Made by a program: the position numbers and the translations under genes. This document shows positions 38,600 to 46,854 of a stretch of 64,000 nt of DNA, piece by piece; the first letter of the stretch is position 1, and the number at the start of each line of letters is the position of its first letter. The stretch comes from an uncultured Bdellovibrionales bacterium (GTDB lineage: Bacteria; Bdellovibrionota_C; UBA2361; OMII01), in NCBI GenBank assembly GCA_964413875.1, contig CAYPUA010000008.1, positions 28,556-92,555 of the forward strand, in the 5' to 3' direction. The notes beneath the pieces are model-generated. The model was not told where the DNA came from and did not search any database. It saw nothing but the letters and a program-made list of their open reading frames with translations.

Positions 38600-40486
38600 C
38601 TATCCTTCTCCTTCGGTGCACACGCCCTGCTCGTTGCTGCCGTTGAACGGCGCTTCCGGGCAGTTTACGTAGCGCAGCCGCGTGTTGGGCTGCGGCACGA
38701 TCTGGTCGGAGCGAATCGCGTTCGGTGCATTGAAGCCAAGCAGAGCGTCTCCAACTGTTGTGTAGCCAGCGTAGTCGAGCCCGCGGCGGCTTGCGCCGTA
38801 GTACCCAACCATGTCGTCCTGGTCGACGCCGTCGCCACTCACGCCGATAGCTCCGATCAGGACGCCGTTGCGGTACAGCGGCGTGCCTCCCGGAAAGATC
38901 TGCAGGCCGTTCTTGAGGCGACTGCCGAAGGCGCCGCTCGTGCAGCCGTTCGGCACCGAGCCTGGACTCACGATCGGCCCTGCGAACCCGCCGAGCACCA
39001 GATCAAGCTGCAGGCCAGTGTTAAACACTGACCAGCTCTGCCCGGGCGCTGTTCCTGGGAACGGGAGCGAAAACGGCCCGTTGGCGGTGCCTTCGATTCC
39101 GTCCGGGAAGTACGGCCGCGACAGGTTCCCGATCGCACGCGAGGTAATCGCGTGGCTGCCGTCGAGCGAAGCTCCAGTGAAGGCGGCAAACGCTGACGAG
39201 AAACCTCCCAGGCCCCCCGCCGACAGCGTTGAGCCTGCATCCGCTGAACTCATGAAGGCTGCTCCTCGGGCTTTCTGCAGGGCAACGTCCACGCCAAACA
39301 CCGGCGCATCCTGCGAACGGATGAAGCCCAGCGGGCTTCCTAGATTGTCGACCACGAAGATCGAAACACGCGCGGCTGTGTCACGCGGGGTGCGAATCGC
39401 TGCCCGCGCGCGGCTGGCAGTAATGAGCGCTGAATCGAGAAGCGCATTCACCTCGCTCGCCGAGAGCTGCTCGCCGCCAGCCAGTGGCCGGCCGCCGATC
39501 GTTGGAAAACGCCCGACGACAATCGCTGCCGGAAGCCCCGCCTTGACCGTATCGGCGATTCCCGACGGGAAGGTTCCAAAGGTCGTTCCGGCCTTGATGG
39601 AACCGTTGGTGTACGAGGGCTGAGACTTGAGGCACGAGGGGTCGAGATCAGCCAGATCAGTTGGGATAACGATCTCCGAGTAGCTCGTGTCTGAGTAACG
39701 GACCGAGCGCCCAGCCAGCGAGATGTTGTCGCCCACGCGCTGCGCTGGAGCCTCGAACCCAACGCTTGCCGAGAGCGCAACGGACTCCTCTGGGTCGCTG
39801 TCGTAGTCCTGAAGGTCGGGGTCAATAGTGTAGAGACCATCGAACTCGACTCCAACACCGCCGACCAGGTCTCCCTGCTTGTAGAGCGGGAAGCCGCCTG
39901 GATCCGCAGAGAGGCCGAGCGGAAGCGGCCGCGGTCCGGTAGCGGCGTTCGCCCGAGTGACGTCACTGCAGATCAGCTGAGAAAACTGCACGCCGAAGAG
40001 CGGCCCGCCTGGCTGCTGCCGCTGTCCGGGCAGGTAGTTCTGCTGAATAATCTGCCCCGCCGTGCGGGTCGAGAACGCATTCCCTTGAGAGCTAAGGTAG
40101 GCGCCAGTGCCAGCCTTCGATATGGCGGCTAGCGTCGAAGGCACCGCAAGCCCCTCAAGCGGGCCCGATGCGCCGGTCTGCCCGTTGATGGTAGTTGTGA
40201 GCGGCGCGCCATTCATCTGGTACAGCGCAAGAACGTTGCCGGTGCGGTCAACAACCGAGAATGTGCCGGCTGTCCCCATCGCATTCGCCGCCGTCACAGC
40301 CTGGCGCAGGATGGTCGTGACGTCATCAACCGAGAGCGACTGGTTCGGGCAGCTTCCGTCACAGTTAAAGTTTGCGTTTGGATCTCCGCCGCTGCTCGCA
40401 CCGCCGGAACCACCCCCGCCCCCACAACCCGGCAAGGCCGAGAAGATGATTGCTGCAGAGAGAAGCAGGCAGATGTGCTTTTTCAT
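38600..40486 (-). CDS. lipoprotein with two GlcG/HbpS-like (DUF336) putative haem-binding domains
   Basis: 628 aa; MKKHICLLLSAAIIFSALPGC lipobox + Gly/Ser linker; LSVDDVTTILRQAV..FSVVDRTGNVLAL and LSASEVNALL..IFVVDNLGSPLGF; C-terminal GGTPLYRNGVLIGAIGVSGDGVDQDD matches the GlcG signature. Confidence 0.6.
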   Translation of the reverse strand: MKKHICLLLSAAIIFSALPGCGGGGGSGGASSGGDPNANFNCDGSCPNQSLSVDDVTTILRQAVTAANAMGTAGTFSVVDRTGNVLALYQMNGAPLTTTINGQTGASGPLEGLAVPSTLAAISKAGTGAYLSSQGNAFSTRTAGQIIQQNYLPGQRQQPGGPLFGVQFSQLICSDVTRANAATGPRPLPLGLSADPGGFPLYKQGDLVGGVGVEFDGLYTIDPDLQDYDSDPEESVALSASVGFEAPAQRVGDNISLAGRSVRYSDTSYSEIVIPTDLADLDPSCLKSQPSYTNGSIKAGTTFGTFPSGIADTVKAGLPAAIVVGRFPTIGGRPLAGGEQLSASEVNALLDSALITASRARAAIRTPRDTAARVSIFVVDNLGSPLGFIRSQDAPVFGVDVALQKARGAAFMSSADAGSTLSAGGLGGFSSAFAAFTGASLDGSHAITSRAIGNLSRPYFPDGIEGTANGPFSLPFPGTAPGQSWSVFNTGLQLDLVLGGFAGPIVSPGSVPNGCTSGAFGSRLKNGLQIFPGGTPLYRNGVLIGAIGVSGDGVDQDDMVGYYGASRRGLDYAGYTTVGDALLGFNAPNAIRSDQIVPQPNTRLRYVNCPEAPFNGSNEQGVCTEGEG

Positions 40487-40498
40487 AGTCGACAGATC

Positions 40499-42178
40499 CT
40501 ACCGAGTTAGGCCTTTAAGGTAATTCGCGATATCTTGCTTCTTTTCAGCCGGGAAACCAAGCGCGTCGTGGTAGGAGTGGCACTCAACGCAGTCGGAACG
40601 CACGTAGCCCCCTTTGCCTGAAGATGCGTGGCACTCCTGGCAGAGCTGCTTGCGGGGCAGGAGCAGATCCGCGGTGTCTTTTGAATTTCGAGCCTGCTCG
40701 TGACACGACTCGCAGCTAAACTCTTCGTGCGCGCCGTGGCTGAATCGTGCCGCCGGGAACCAGACGTTGGGTATTTTCGGCGAGACGATCTCGTAGTGAG
40801 AATTAACTGACGTCTGAAACTCCTCTGGCTTCTCCCGATACGAGTGACAGAGGAAGCATCCTGTCTTCGTGAAGAGCTGCCGCTCCGCAGCACGGGCGCT
40901 CTCAACCACTCCTGGAATGCCTGTCGCTTCGATCATCGGAGTCGTCCGCGGCTCGTCTGCCCCTGGCATCTCTCGCTGCATATCCTTGGCTGGATTCGGA
41001 AGCTCGTGATCCTCTCCTAACAGGACAACCCTGGAGTAAGCCGCGAAGAGCGCAGGGAAGACAGCGTCTGCGTCTCCGTGCGGAACCTGCGAGTTCGGCA
41101 GCCGCTCGTCGAAGCCAAGCGAGTGGCAGTCCTGGCAGTGTTGCTCGAAGTCAATCGGCTTGAGCGTCTTGAAATCCTTGTCGAGCGCATGGCAGTCAGC
41201 GCACTGCAATGTGACAGGCCCGTCCTTCCCCTCCAGCCCTTCCTTGAGGTGCACCTTGTGGCCAAACTTAATCGGCGTCGGATCCTTCGCCTTGGGATCG
41301 TCCAGGCTTGCTCGCGTCACCACGTCATTGGCGTCAAGCAGCGAGACCCTAAACTGTGGGTGAGTGTCGAACGATGCGACGTTCTCGACCGTCGCCCCGC
41401 TCTTGAGCGCCGTCAGGTTGCCGTGGCATGAAACACAGAATCGCGAGTCTTCTGATATGATGCCGTGATCTCCGTTGTGCTCCATGTGGCACTCAGCGCA
41501 GCGCAGCCCCAGCTCTTTGTGCTGCTGCAAGAAGTCGCCCATGCCGTGAGCGTGCTCGGTCATGGAGTGACACGCGAGACACTCCTGGTCGCGCACCGGC
41601 TTGAAGGGCTCTGCGTGGCACTTGACGCAGTCATGCTCGATGAGCTTGTGGGAGTTCGAGATCGGGCCCGAGCTCCACTGCTTCTTGCTGCTCGTGGAGA
41701 GCGGGTAGGCGAGCCACGCAACCACCCCGATCGCGGCCAAGACAACGGAGATGGCCTTGATAGAGGGCAGGTACGACTCAAGCCGAAGCTGCCGCATCCG
41801 GCGCGCCACGCGCTCGCCATCCGGCAGCGCGAGCGGCATCAGCTCAAGCCATGTCACCTCCGCTGTGTCTCCCTCGAACGATACGCGAAGGTCGATATCG
41901 CCTAACGACACAACATCGCCGCTGTGAAGCTCAGCGCGGCTTACGGTACGGCCGTTAACCCGGATGCCAGTCGGGGATTCAAGGTCGGTCACGACCAGCG
42001 CCCCGCCCTCACGCGTGAGCTTTGCGTGCTGGGTCCCTACTTTGTAGCTCGGCAGGATGACATGAGAGCTTCCGCCTCGGCCGAAGATAATCGCTGGATC
42101 AGAAAACTCAACGACGCGCCGCTCAGCGCCCCCCGCGTCAGCTTTCTTCTCATGAATGAAGCGAAATACCGAAGCCAT
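40499..42178 (-). CDS. FHA-domain / single TM / decahaem c-type cytochrome fusion
   Basis: 559 aa; FHA FGRGGSSHVILP..VGTQHAKL..VTDLESPTGIRVNGRTV; TM ISVVLAAIGVVAWLAYPL; 10 CxxCH (CVKCH, CLACH, CAECH, CVSCH, CADCH, CQDCH, CFLCH, CESCH, CQECH, CVECH). Confidence 0.85.
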   Translation of the reverse strand: MASVFRFIHEKKADAGGAERRVVEFSDPAIIFGRGGSSHVILPSYKVGTQHAKLTREGGALVVTDLESPTGIRVNGRTVSRAELHSGDVVSLGDIDLRVSFEGDTAEVTWLELMPLALPDGERVARRMRQLRLESYLPSIKAISVVLAAIGVVAWLAYPLSTSSKKQWSSGPISNSHKLIEHDCVKCHAEPFKPVRDQECLACHSMTEHAHGMGDFLQQHKELGLRCAECHMEHNGDHGIISEDSRFCVSCHGNLTALKSGATVENVASFDTHPQFRVSLLDANDVVTRASLDDPKAKDPTPIKFGHKVHLKEGLEGKDGPVTLQCADCHALDKDFKTLKPIDFEQHCQDCHSLGFDERLPNSQVPHGDADAVFPALFAAYSRVVLLGEDHELPNPAKDMQREMPGADEPRTTPMIEATGIPGVVESARAAERQLFTKTGCFLCHSYREKPEEFQTSVNSHYEIVSPKIPNVWFPAARFSHGAHEEFSCESCHEQARNSKDTADLLLPRKQLCQECHASSGKGGYVRSDCVECHSYHDALGFPAEKKQDIANYLKGLTR

Positions 42179-42181
42179 GCC

Positions 42182-43000
42182 CTACCGGAGATACAAGACA
42201 GACACTATGTGTGCGACGAGCGCCGCGCACAGCGCGCACGAGACCGGCACGTGCACGTAGAGCCACAACTTGAGCAGCGCCTTGATGCGCGCCTGCTCCG
42301 CCAGCTCGCGCAATATGTCGAGGCGCTGGTCGAGGAGGCCGATCATCGCCACAGCCTCGGTGTGCTCGGCTCCCTCAAGGCGCGAGAGCATCTCACGCGC
42401 CGCGTTCTTGTCTACCGCAGGCTGACGGCTCCTGAGGAGCATCCAAGCGAGAGAGGGCTTGAACGGCGCGCAGAAATCATTGTAAAGGCGAACAAAAGCG
42501 TCGCTCTTTCCGGCACAGAGCTGGCCAGCCTGCTGCTCAAGCTCGTCCACGCGCTCAACGAGCAGCTCATCCTTTGCTCCTCCGCGGTGTGAGGTGATGC
42601 GCCCTGACAACGTCGAGTAGTTAACGGCCCCCCAGATGCCGGTCAGAATCGTGAGCACCATGAGAACGTACGCCAGCGTGTGCACGTTGCAGCCGAAGCT
42701 GAAAGCAGCGTGCAGCGGAACCACAAGCAGCAGCCCGATACCAATCCAGACGTGCGCAGCGAGCCAACCCTCAAGCGTGCCAAGAGACGAATGGTACGCG
42801 CGCTTGCGGAGCCCAAAAGCCATCAGCCATGCGATTCCCACCGCAGCGAGGATCCCGTACGTGTAGCCGAGCAGTGAGCCGCCGCTCCTGCCGCCGATCG
42901 GCCTGTCGATCAGGTACAGCGCAAAGAGGGCCACGAGAGCGGCTATCGTGATCCAGAGCCACTTGAAGCGCCGGTAGTTGAGGAAGGTCTGTTGGTACAT
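42182..43000 (-). CDS. polytopic inner-membrane protein with His-bearing helices (possible b-haem or quinone-linked subunit)
   Basis: 272 aa; 4 N-terminal TM + ~120-aa helical soluble segment + C-terminal TM; His in helices (AAHVWIG, VPLHAAF, NVHTLAY, YVHVPVS, VAHIVSV); no family recognised. Confidence 0.45.
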   Translation of the reverse strand: MYQQTFLNYRRFKWLWITIAALVALFALYLIDRPIGGRSGGSLLGYTYGILAAVGIAWLMAFGLRKRAYHSSLGTLEGWLAAHVWIGIGLLLVVPLHAAFSFGCNVHTLAYVLMVLTILTGIWGAVNYSTLSGRITSHRGGAKDELLVERVDELEQQAGQLCAGKSDAFVRLYNDFCAPFKPSLAWMLLRSRQPAVDKNAAREMLSRLEGAEHTEAVAMIGLLDQRLDILRELAEQARIKALLKLWLYVHVPVSCALCAALVAHIVSVLYLR

Positions 43001-43003
43001 TCC

Positions 43004-45349
43004 CTACTCCCTCCTCGCCGACGCAATCTGGACAAGCCGAGCTGAATTCACGCGCATCGCAGCCCCGGTCGGGCAAGAGCGCACGCAGGCCGGTCCGCCC
43101 GCGAGATCGTGGCACATGTCGCATTTCGCAGCCTTGGCGGGCCCCTTCTCCTTCTTCTTGGCAAGACCGAGCATCGAGAGCAGGAAGCCGCCCGACGACG
43201 GACGATCGTAGACGAGCTTGATGACTCCGTAGGGGCAGTTGCTGACGCAGTTTCCGCAGCCGATGCACGACTCCTTGATAATCACTTCGCCGTCGACTTG
43301 CCGAACGAGCGCGTCTGGCGGGCAGTCGAGCATGCACAGCGGGTTCTCACAGTGCCGGCACGAGATCGGAAGCTGGATAGACGCGAAGCTCTTCCCGCCC
43401 TTTCGGTCGAGGCGCGAATACCCACCATGCGTCGCGGCGCAAGCGGCTTCACAGTTGTCACACGCGACGCAAAGGTCAGAGTCGATGAGCAGCACGTTCT
43501 CGGCATCCGTGAGCCCTTCTCGCATCATGAAGTCGAGCAGCTTGCCGGAGTCCTCTGTCCAGTCTGACATGGCGTTGTCGACACGGCGCTCGTCGGCGAC
43601 TTGCAGCAATCGCCTGCGAACGTCCGGATCCTGGGAGATCAGCGCAAGGGTATCCTCTTTCTTAATCACGATGGTGTCGCACGCTACCGCCGCCGAGCAC
43701 GTTGCGGAGCGCAGCACCGGCTCCTCTTTTAGGATCGCCATCTCTCCGACGTAGTTGCCTGCCGGGACGTAGGTCTGAGCCACATCGACGCCAGCACGGT
43801 TGAGGCGCGACACCTTCACTGAGCCTTTGCGAATCACGTACAACGCATCCCCGGGCTCGCCCTCGCGAAAGATCACATCCCCCTTCTTGAAGCTCTTCAT
43901 CTGCGCTTTCTGAACGAGCGCCCGGAGCAGCGCCTCGGGCGCATCAGGGAAGATCGATGTCTGCATGGCTCGCAGCATGAAGAGCTCGTCGAGGGCGCGC
44001 TTCACCGACGGCACCGATGCGATCAGCTTCAGCACCTGCTTGCGCGGAGTCTCAAGCAGGATTGTGCCGTCTTCCGCCGTCACCACCGTTGCCACGCGCC
44101 GCCGTCCGGACAGCAGCCCCATCTCGCCGAAGAACTGCCCCTGAGAGAGCAATACGCGGCGATGGCTGTCGATGACGATCTCTACCGAGCCTGACACAAT
44201 GCTGAAGAAGGTGTCGGTGTAGTCGTCTTTTTCGAAAACCGTGTCGCCCGCGCTTTTGAGGTGCAGCGTGGAGTCGATCAGCATCTCGCGCAGCTGCGGC
44301 GCGCTCAGGTCCCTGAAGAGAGGTATGCTCTGCGCGACTTTTTCGAAGTTAGCCTCGAAGCCGCCGGGCAGCTGTTCGAACCGCTCCTCAAGCAGCGGCT
44401 GGTCGGCTGGCTCCACTGCCTCGCCGCGGATGTGCGCTATCACCTCGTAGCCCTGGTTCATCGCCTGCTTAATCAGCGGGTAGCCGATCAGCGCACCGAG
44501 GATGAAGAGCCCTGGGACGTTTGACTCGTAGCGGTGCGAAACTGATGGAACCGCATTCGCGTCGGCGTTCGGGAAAGCGATTCCGATCCCTTCGAGAAAC
44601 TTCCTCGGCAGGATGCAGCCCAGCCGGGCGATCGCGTGGTCGCAGGGCACGACAACCTCGCCCTCTGGCGTATTGATAGCTGCCTTGCTGCCTTCGATGC
44701 GGGCGACCGTTGCGTTGTAGAAGCAGCGGATCTTGCCGCTGCCTATCGCGGCCAGGATAAGCTTGCTATTAGCGTCTTTTGCGCGCGCAAACTCCGAGCC
44801 GCGATTGATGAGCGTCACTGTATTGTGCGCAGAAAGCGCCAGCGCGTTCTCGATCGCCGCATCGCCGGCACCGACTACGAGGATCTGCTTTCCGTTGAAC
44901 GCATCTGGATCTGCCAGCGTGTACGCAACGCTGCCTGCGTCCTCGCCTGGAACGCCAAGCTTGCGCGGAGAGCCCTGCACGCCTATCGCCAAGATCACAT
45001 GCTTCGCGGTGCAGACGGAGCCGCCGTGCGTGATCTCAAAGAGGCCGTCACGCTTGGCGATCGCCGTCACCTCGGCCTTGACCATGTTCACTGCATGCTT
45101 AGCGAGATCCTCGCTGTACTCCTGAAGGATCTTCTCGCGGCTTCCAGCTTCAAAGCGACAGTGGGCGCGCAACGGCAGCCGGCTCGGCTCTGCCATGACG
45201 TGCTTGCGCAGTTGGTAGTCGTAGATGGTGTTGGCGACCTGCCCCTTCTCGAAAAGGATGTGGGTGATCTTATGGTGCGCGGCGCTGGTGGCTGCCGCGA
45301 TTCCTGCTGGTCCAGCACCAATAATTGCGATTTCAAAGTGCTGCGACAT
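43004..45349 (-). CDS. FAD/NAD(P)-dependent oxidoreductase fused to two cyclic-nucleotide-binding domains and a multi-[4Fe-4S] ferredoxin domain
   Basis: 781 aa; IIGAGPAGIAAA and VVGAGDAAIENA Rossmann motifs; cNMP motifs FFGEMGLLSGRRRVATV and YVGEMAILKEEPVLRSATC; CVACDNCEAAC, CRHCENPLCMLDCP, CIGCGNCVSNCP, CDMC..ACVRSCP. Confidence 0.85.
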   Translation of the reverse strand: MSQHFEIAIIGAGPAGIAAATSAAHHKITHILFEKGQVANTIYDYQLRKHVMAEPSRLPLRAHCRFEAGSREKILQEYSEDLAKHAVNMVKAEVTAIAKRDGLFEITHGGSVCTAKHVILAIGVQGSPRKLGVPGEDAGSVAYTLADPDAFNGKQILVVGAGDAAIENALALSAHNTVTLINRGSEFARAKDANSKLILAAIGSGKIRCFYNATVARIEGSKAAINTPEGEVVVPCDHAIARLGCILPRKFLEGIGIAFPNADANAVPSVSHRYESNVPGLFILGALIGYPLIKQAMNQGYEVIAHIRGEAVEPADQPLLEERFEQLPGGFEANFEKVAQSIPLFRDLSAPQLREMLIDSTLHLKSAGDTVFEKDDYTDTFFSIVSGSVEIVIDSHRRVLLSQGQFFGEMGLLSGRRRVATVVTAEDGTILLETPRKQVLKLIASVPSVKRALDELFMLRAMQTSIFPDAPEALLRALVQKAQMKSFKKGDVIFREGEPGDALYVIRKGSVKVSRLNRAGVDVAQTYVPAGNYVGEMAILKEEPVLRSATCSAAVACDTIVIKKEDTLALISQDPDVRRRLLQVADERRVDNAMSDWTEDSGKLLDFMMREGLTDAENVLLIDSDLCVACDNCEAACAATHGGYSRLDRKGGKSFASIQLPISCRHCENPLCMLDCPPDALVRQVDGEVIIKESCIGCGNCVSNCPYGVIKLVYDRPSSGGFLLSMLGLAKKKEKGPAKAAKCDMCHDLAGGPACVRSCPTGAAMRVNSARLVQIASARRE

Positions 45350-45371
45350 CTGGGGCGCTTAACCACGAAGA

Positions 45372-45387
45372 AGAGCTGATCAGCTCT
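45372..45387. promoter_or_regulatory. perfect 16-bp palindrome in the divergent control region
   Basis: agagctgatcagctct, 22 nt upstream of the oxidoreductase start codon (minus strand); operator or 5'-UTR hairpin. Confidence 0.3.
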
Positions 45388-45576
45388 GCATGAGACTATG
45401 CGACAGAGCGCTTCGAATATAGGTTTCTGAGGCTGTCGAGGCAAATCAAAAGACGGTGTACTGAGGCAAACTTGAACAGCCGATTCAACTTCACGCGCTT
45501 TCGATGGCGCGCCTCTCTTTGCTCCTTGAAAACCGCCCCCATTTCAGGGATACAGCTCTTGGCGATTGGGGGGGCG

Positions 45577-46854
45577 ATGTTTCCAAGGCAAATAAAACGG
45601 CTTTTTATAGCGGCGCTCCTGTTGCCCGCCCTCGCATCAGCCACCCCCGATACATACGTCGGCACCGGCTCGTGCTCCTCCTCGAACTGCCACGGAAGCG
45701 TCAGCCCCCGCAAGGCTTCCAACGTCCTGCAGAACGAGTACTACACCTGGCTCAAGCACGATAAACATTCGCAAGCGTACTCGGTGCTGCTCAAGGCAGA
45801 CGCCAGGCGTATGGCTTCCCTGATGGGGCTCGGCGAGCCCTCAAAGGAGCCGCTGTGCCTCAAGTGCCACGCCACGTACGCCTCAAGCGCCGAGCAGCGC
45901 GGCGAAAAATACTCGGTTGAGGATGGCGTGTCGTGCGAGTCGTGCCACGGCGCGGCGGAGCGCTGGCTTGAGACACACGCAGTTGCCGGCGCCACTCACC
46001 AGCAGAACCTGGCAAATGGGCTCGCTGACACCGCCCCGCTCGACAAGCGCGCAAAGCTCTGTGTGTCGTGCCACTACGGCGACAGCGACAAGCGCGTCAT
46101 GCACAACCTCTACGGAGCTGGGCACCCACGGCTCAGCTTCGAGCTCGACACGTACGGCGTGCTGGAGCCCAAGCACTGGGTTGTCGACGAGGACTACATA
46201 AAGCGCAAAGGCCCCTACGTGCCGCTCTCCGCCTGGTTTATCGGGCAGGAAACGCTCGCTGAGAGCACCGTCACGACACTTCTCTCGCCGGAGCTCTCGA
46301 GGAATGGCACGTTCCCAGAGCTAAGCATTTTTGACTGCTACTCGTGCCACCACAGCCTCGCCGACGCGCAGTGGAAGCACCGTGACTACGGCGGAAAAAC
46401 GGGCCGGCTGAGCGTAAACATCGCGTCACTCGTGATGCTGCAGCACGCGCTAGCTGCGCTCGATCGCCCGCTTGCGGAAGAGCTCGCGAGCCTGACCCTA
46501 ACCATTCAAGACCAGTTCCAAGCAAACGGCTCGACTGAAGCGCTGCAGAAAACCCAAGAGCTGCTCCAAGGCACCATTCGCCCGATGCTGATGAAGATGG
46601 CTGCCGACGAGAAGAGCACCCGTGCTGTCATGAAGGAGCTGTGCCTCTTCGGGACAGCAGCAGTATCACCGAAGTATGAGGTCGCCGAGCAGATCGGGAT
46701 GGGGATACAGGCTGCGATGGCGACCTCGCCCGTTCTAGCGAAGCGCCACAAAGCCTCGCTCGACAAGCTCTTTGCAACGCTCGCAAAGCCTGATGCTTTC
46801 AATCCGGATGCTTTCGCAAGAGCGGCGAAGAGGCTCGCTGGCGAGCTCCCGTAA
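45577..46854 (+). CDS. secreted multihaem c-type cytochrome (c554-like family)
   Basis: Start moved to MFPRQIKRLFIAALLLPALASA (signal peptide); 4 CxxCH (CLKCH, CESCH, CVSCH, CYSCH) plus CSSSNCH (CX4CH). Confidence 0.8.
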   Translation: MFPRQIKRLFIAALLLPALASATPDTYVGTGSCSSSNCHGSVSPRKASNVLQNEYYTWLKHDKHSQAYSVLLKADARRMASLMGLGEPSKEPLCLKCHATYASSAEQRGEKYSVEDGVSCESCHGAAERWLETHAVAGATHQQNLANGLADTAPLDKRAKLCVSCHYGDSDKRVMHNLYGAGHPRLSFELDTYGVLEPKHWVVDEDYIKRKGPYVPLSAWFIGQETLAESTVTTLLSPELSRNGTFPELSIFDCYSCHHSLADAQWKHRDYGGKTGRLSVNIASLVMLQHALAALDRPLAEELASLTLTIQDQFQANGSTEALQKTQELLQGTIRPMLMKMAADEKSTRAVMKELCLFGTAAVSPKYEVAEQIGMGIQAAMATSPVLAKRHKASLDKLFATLAKPDAFNPDAFARAAKRLAGELP

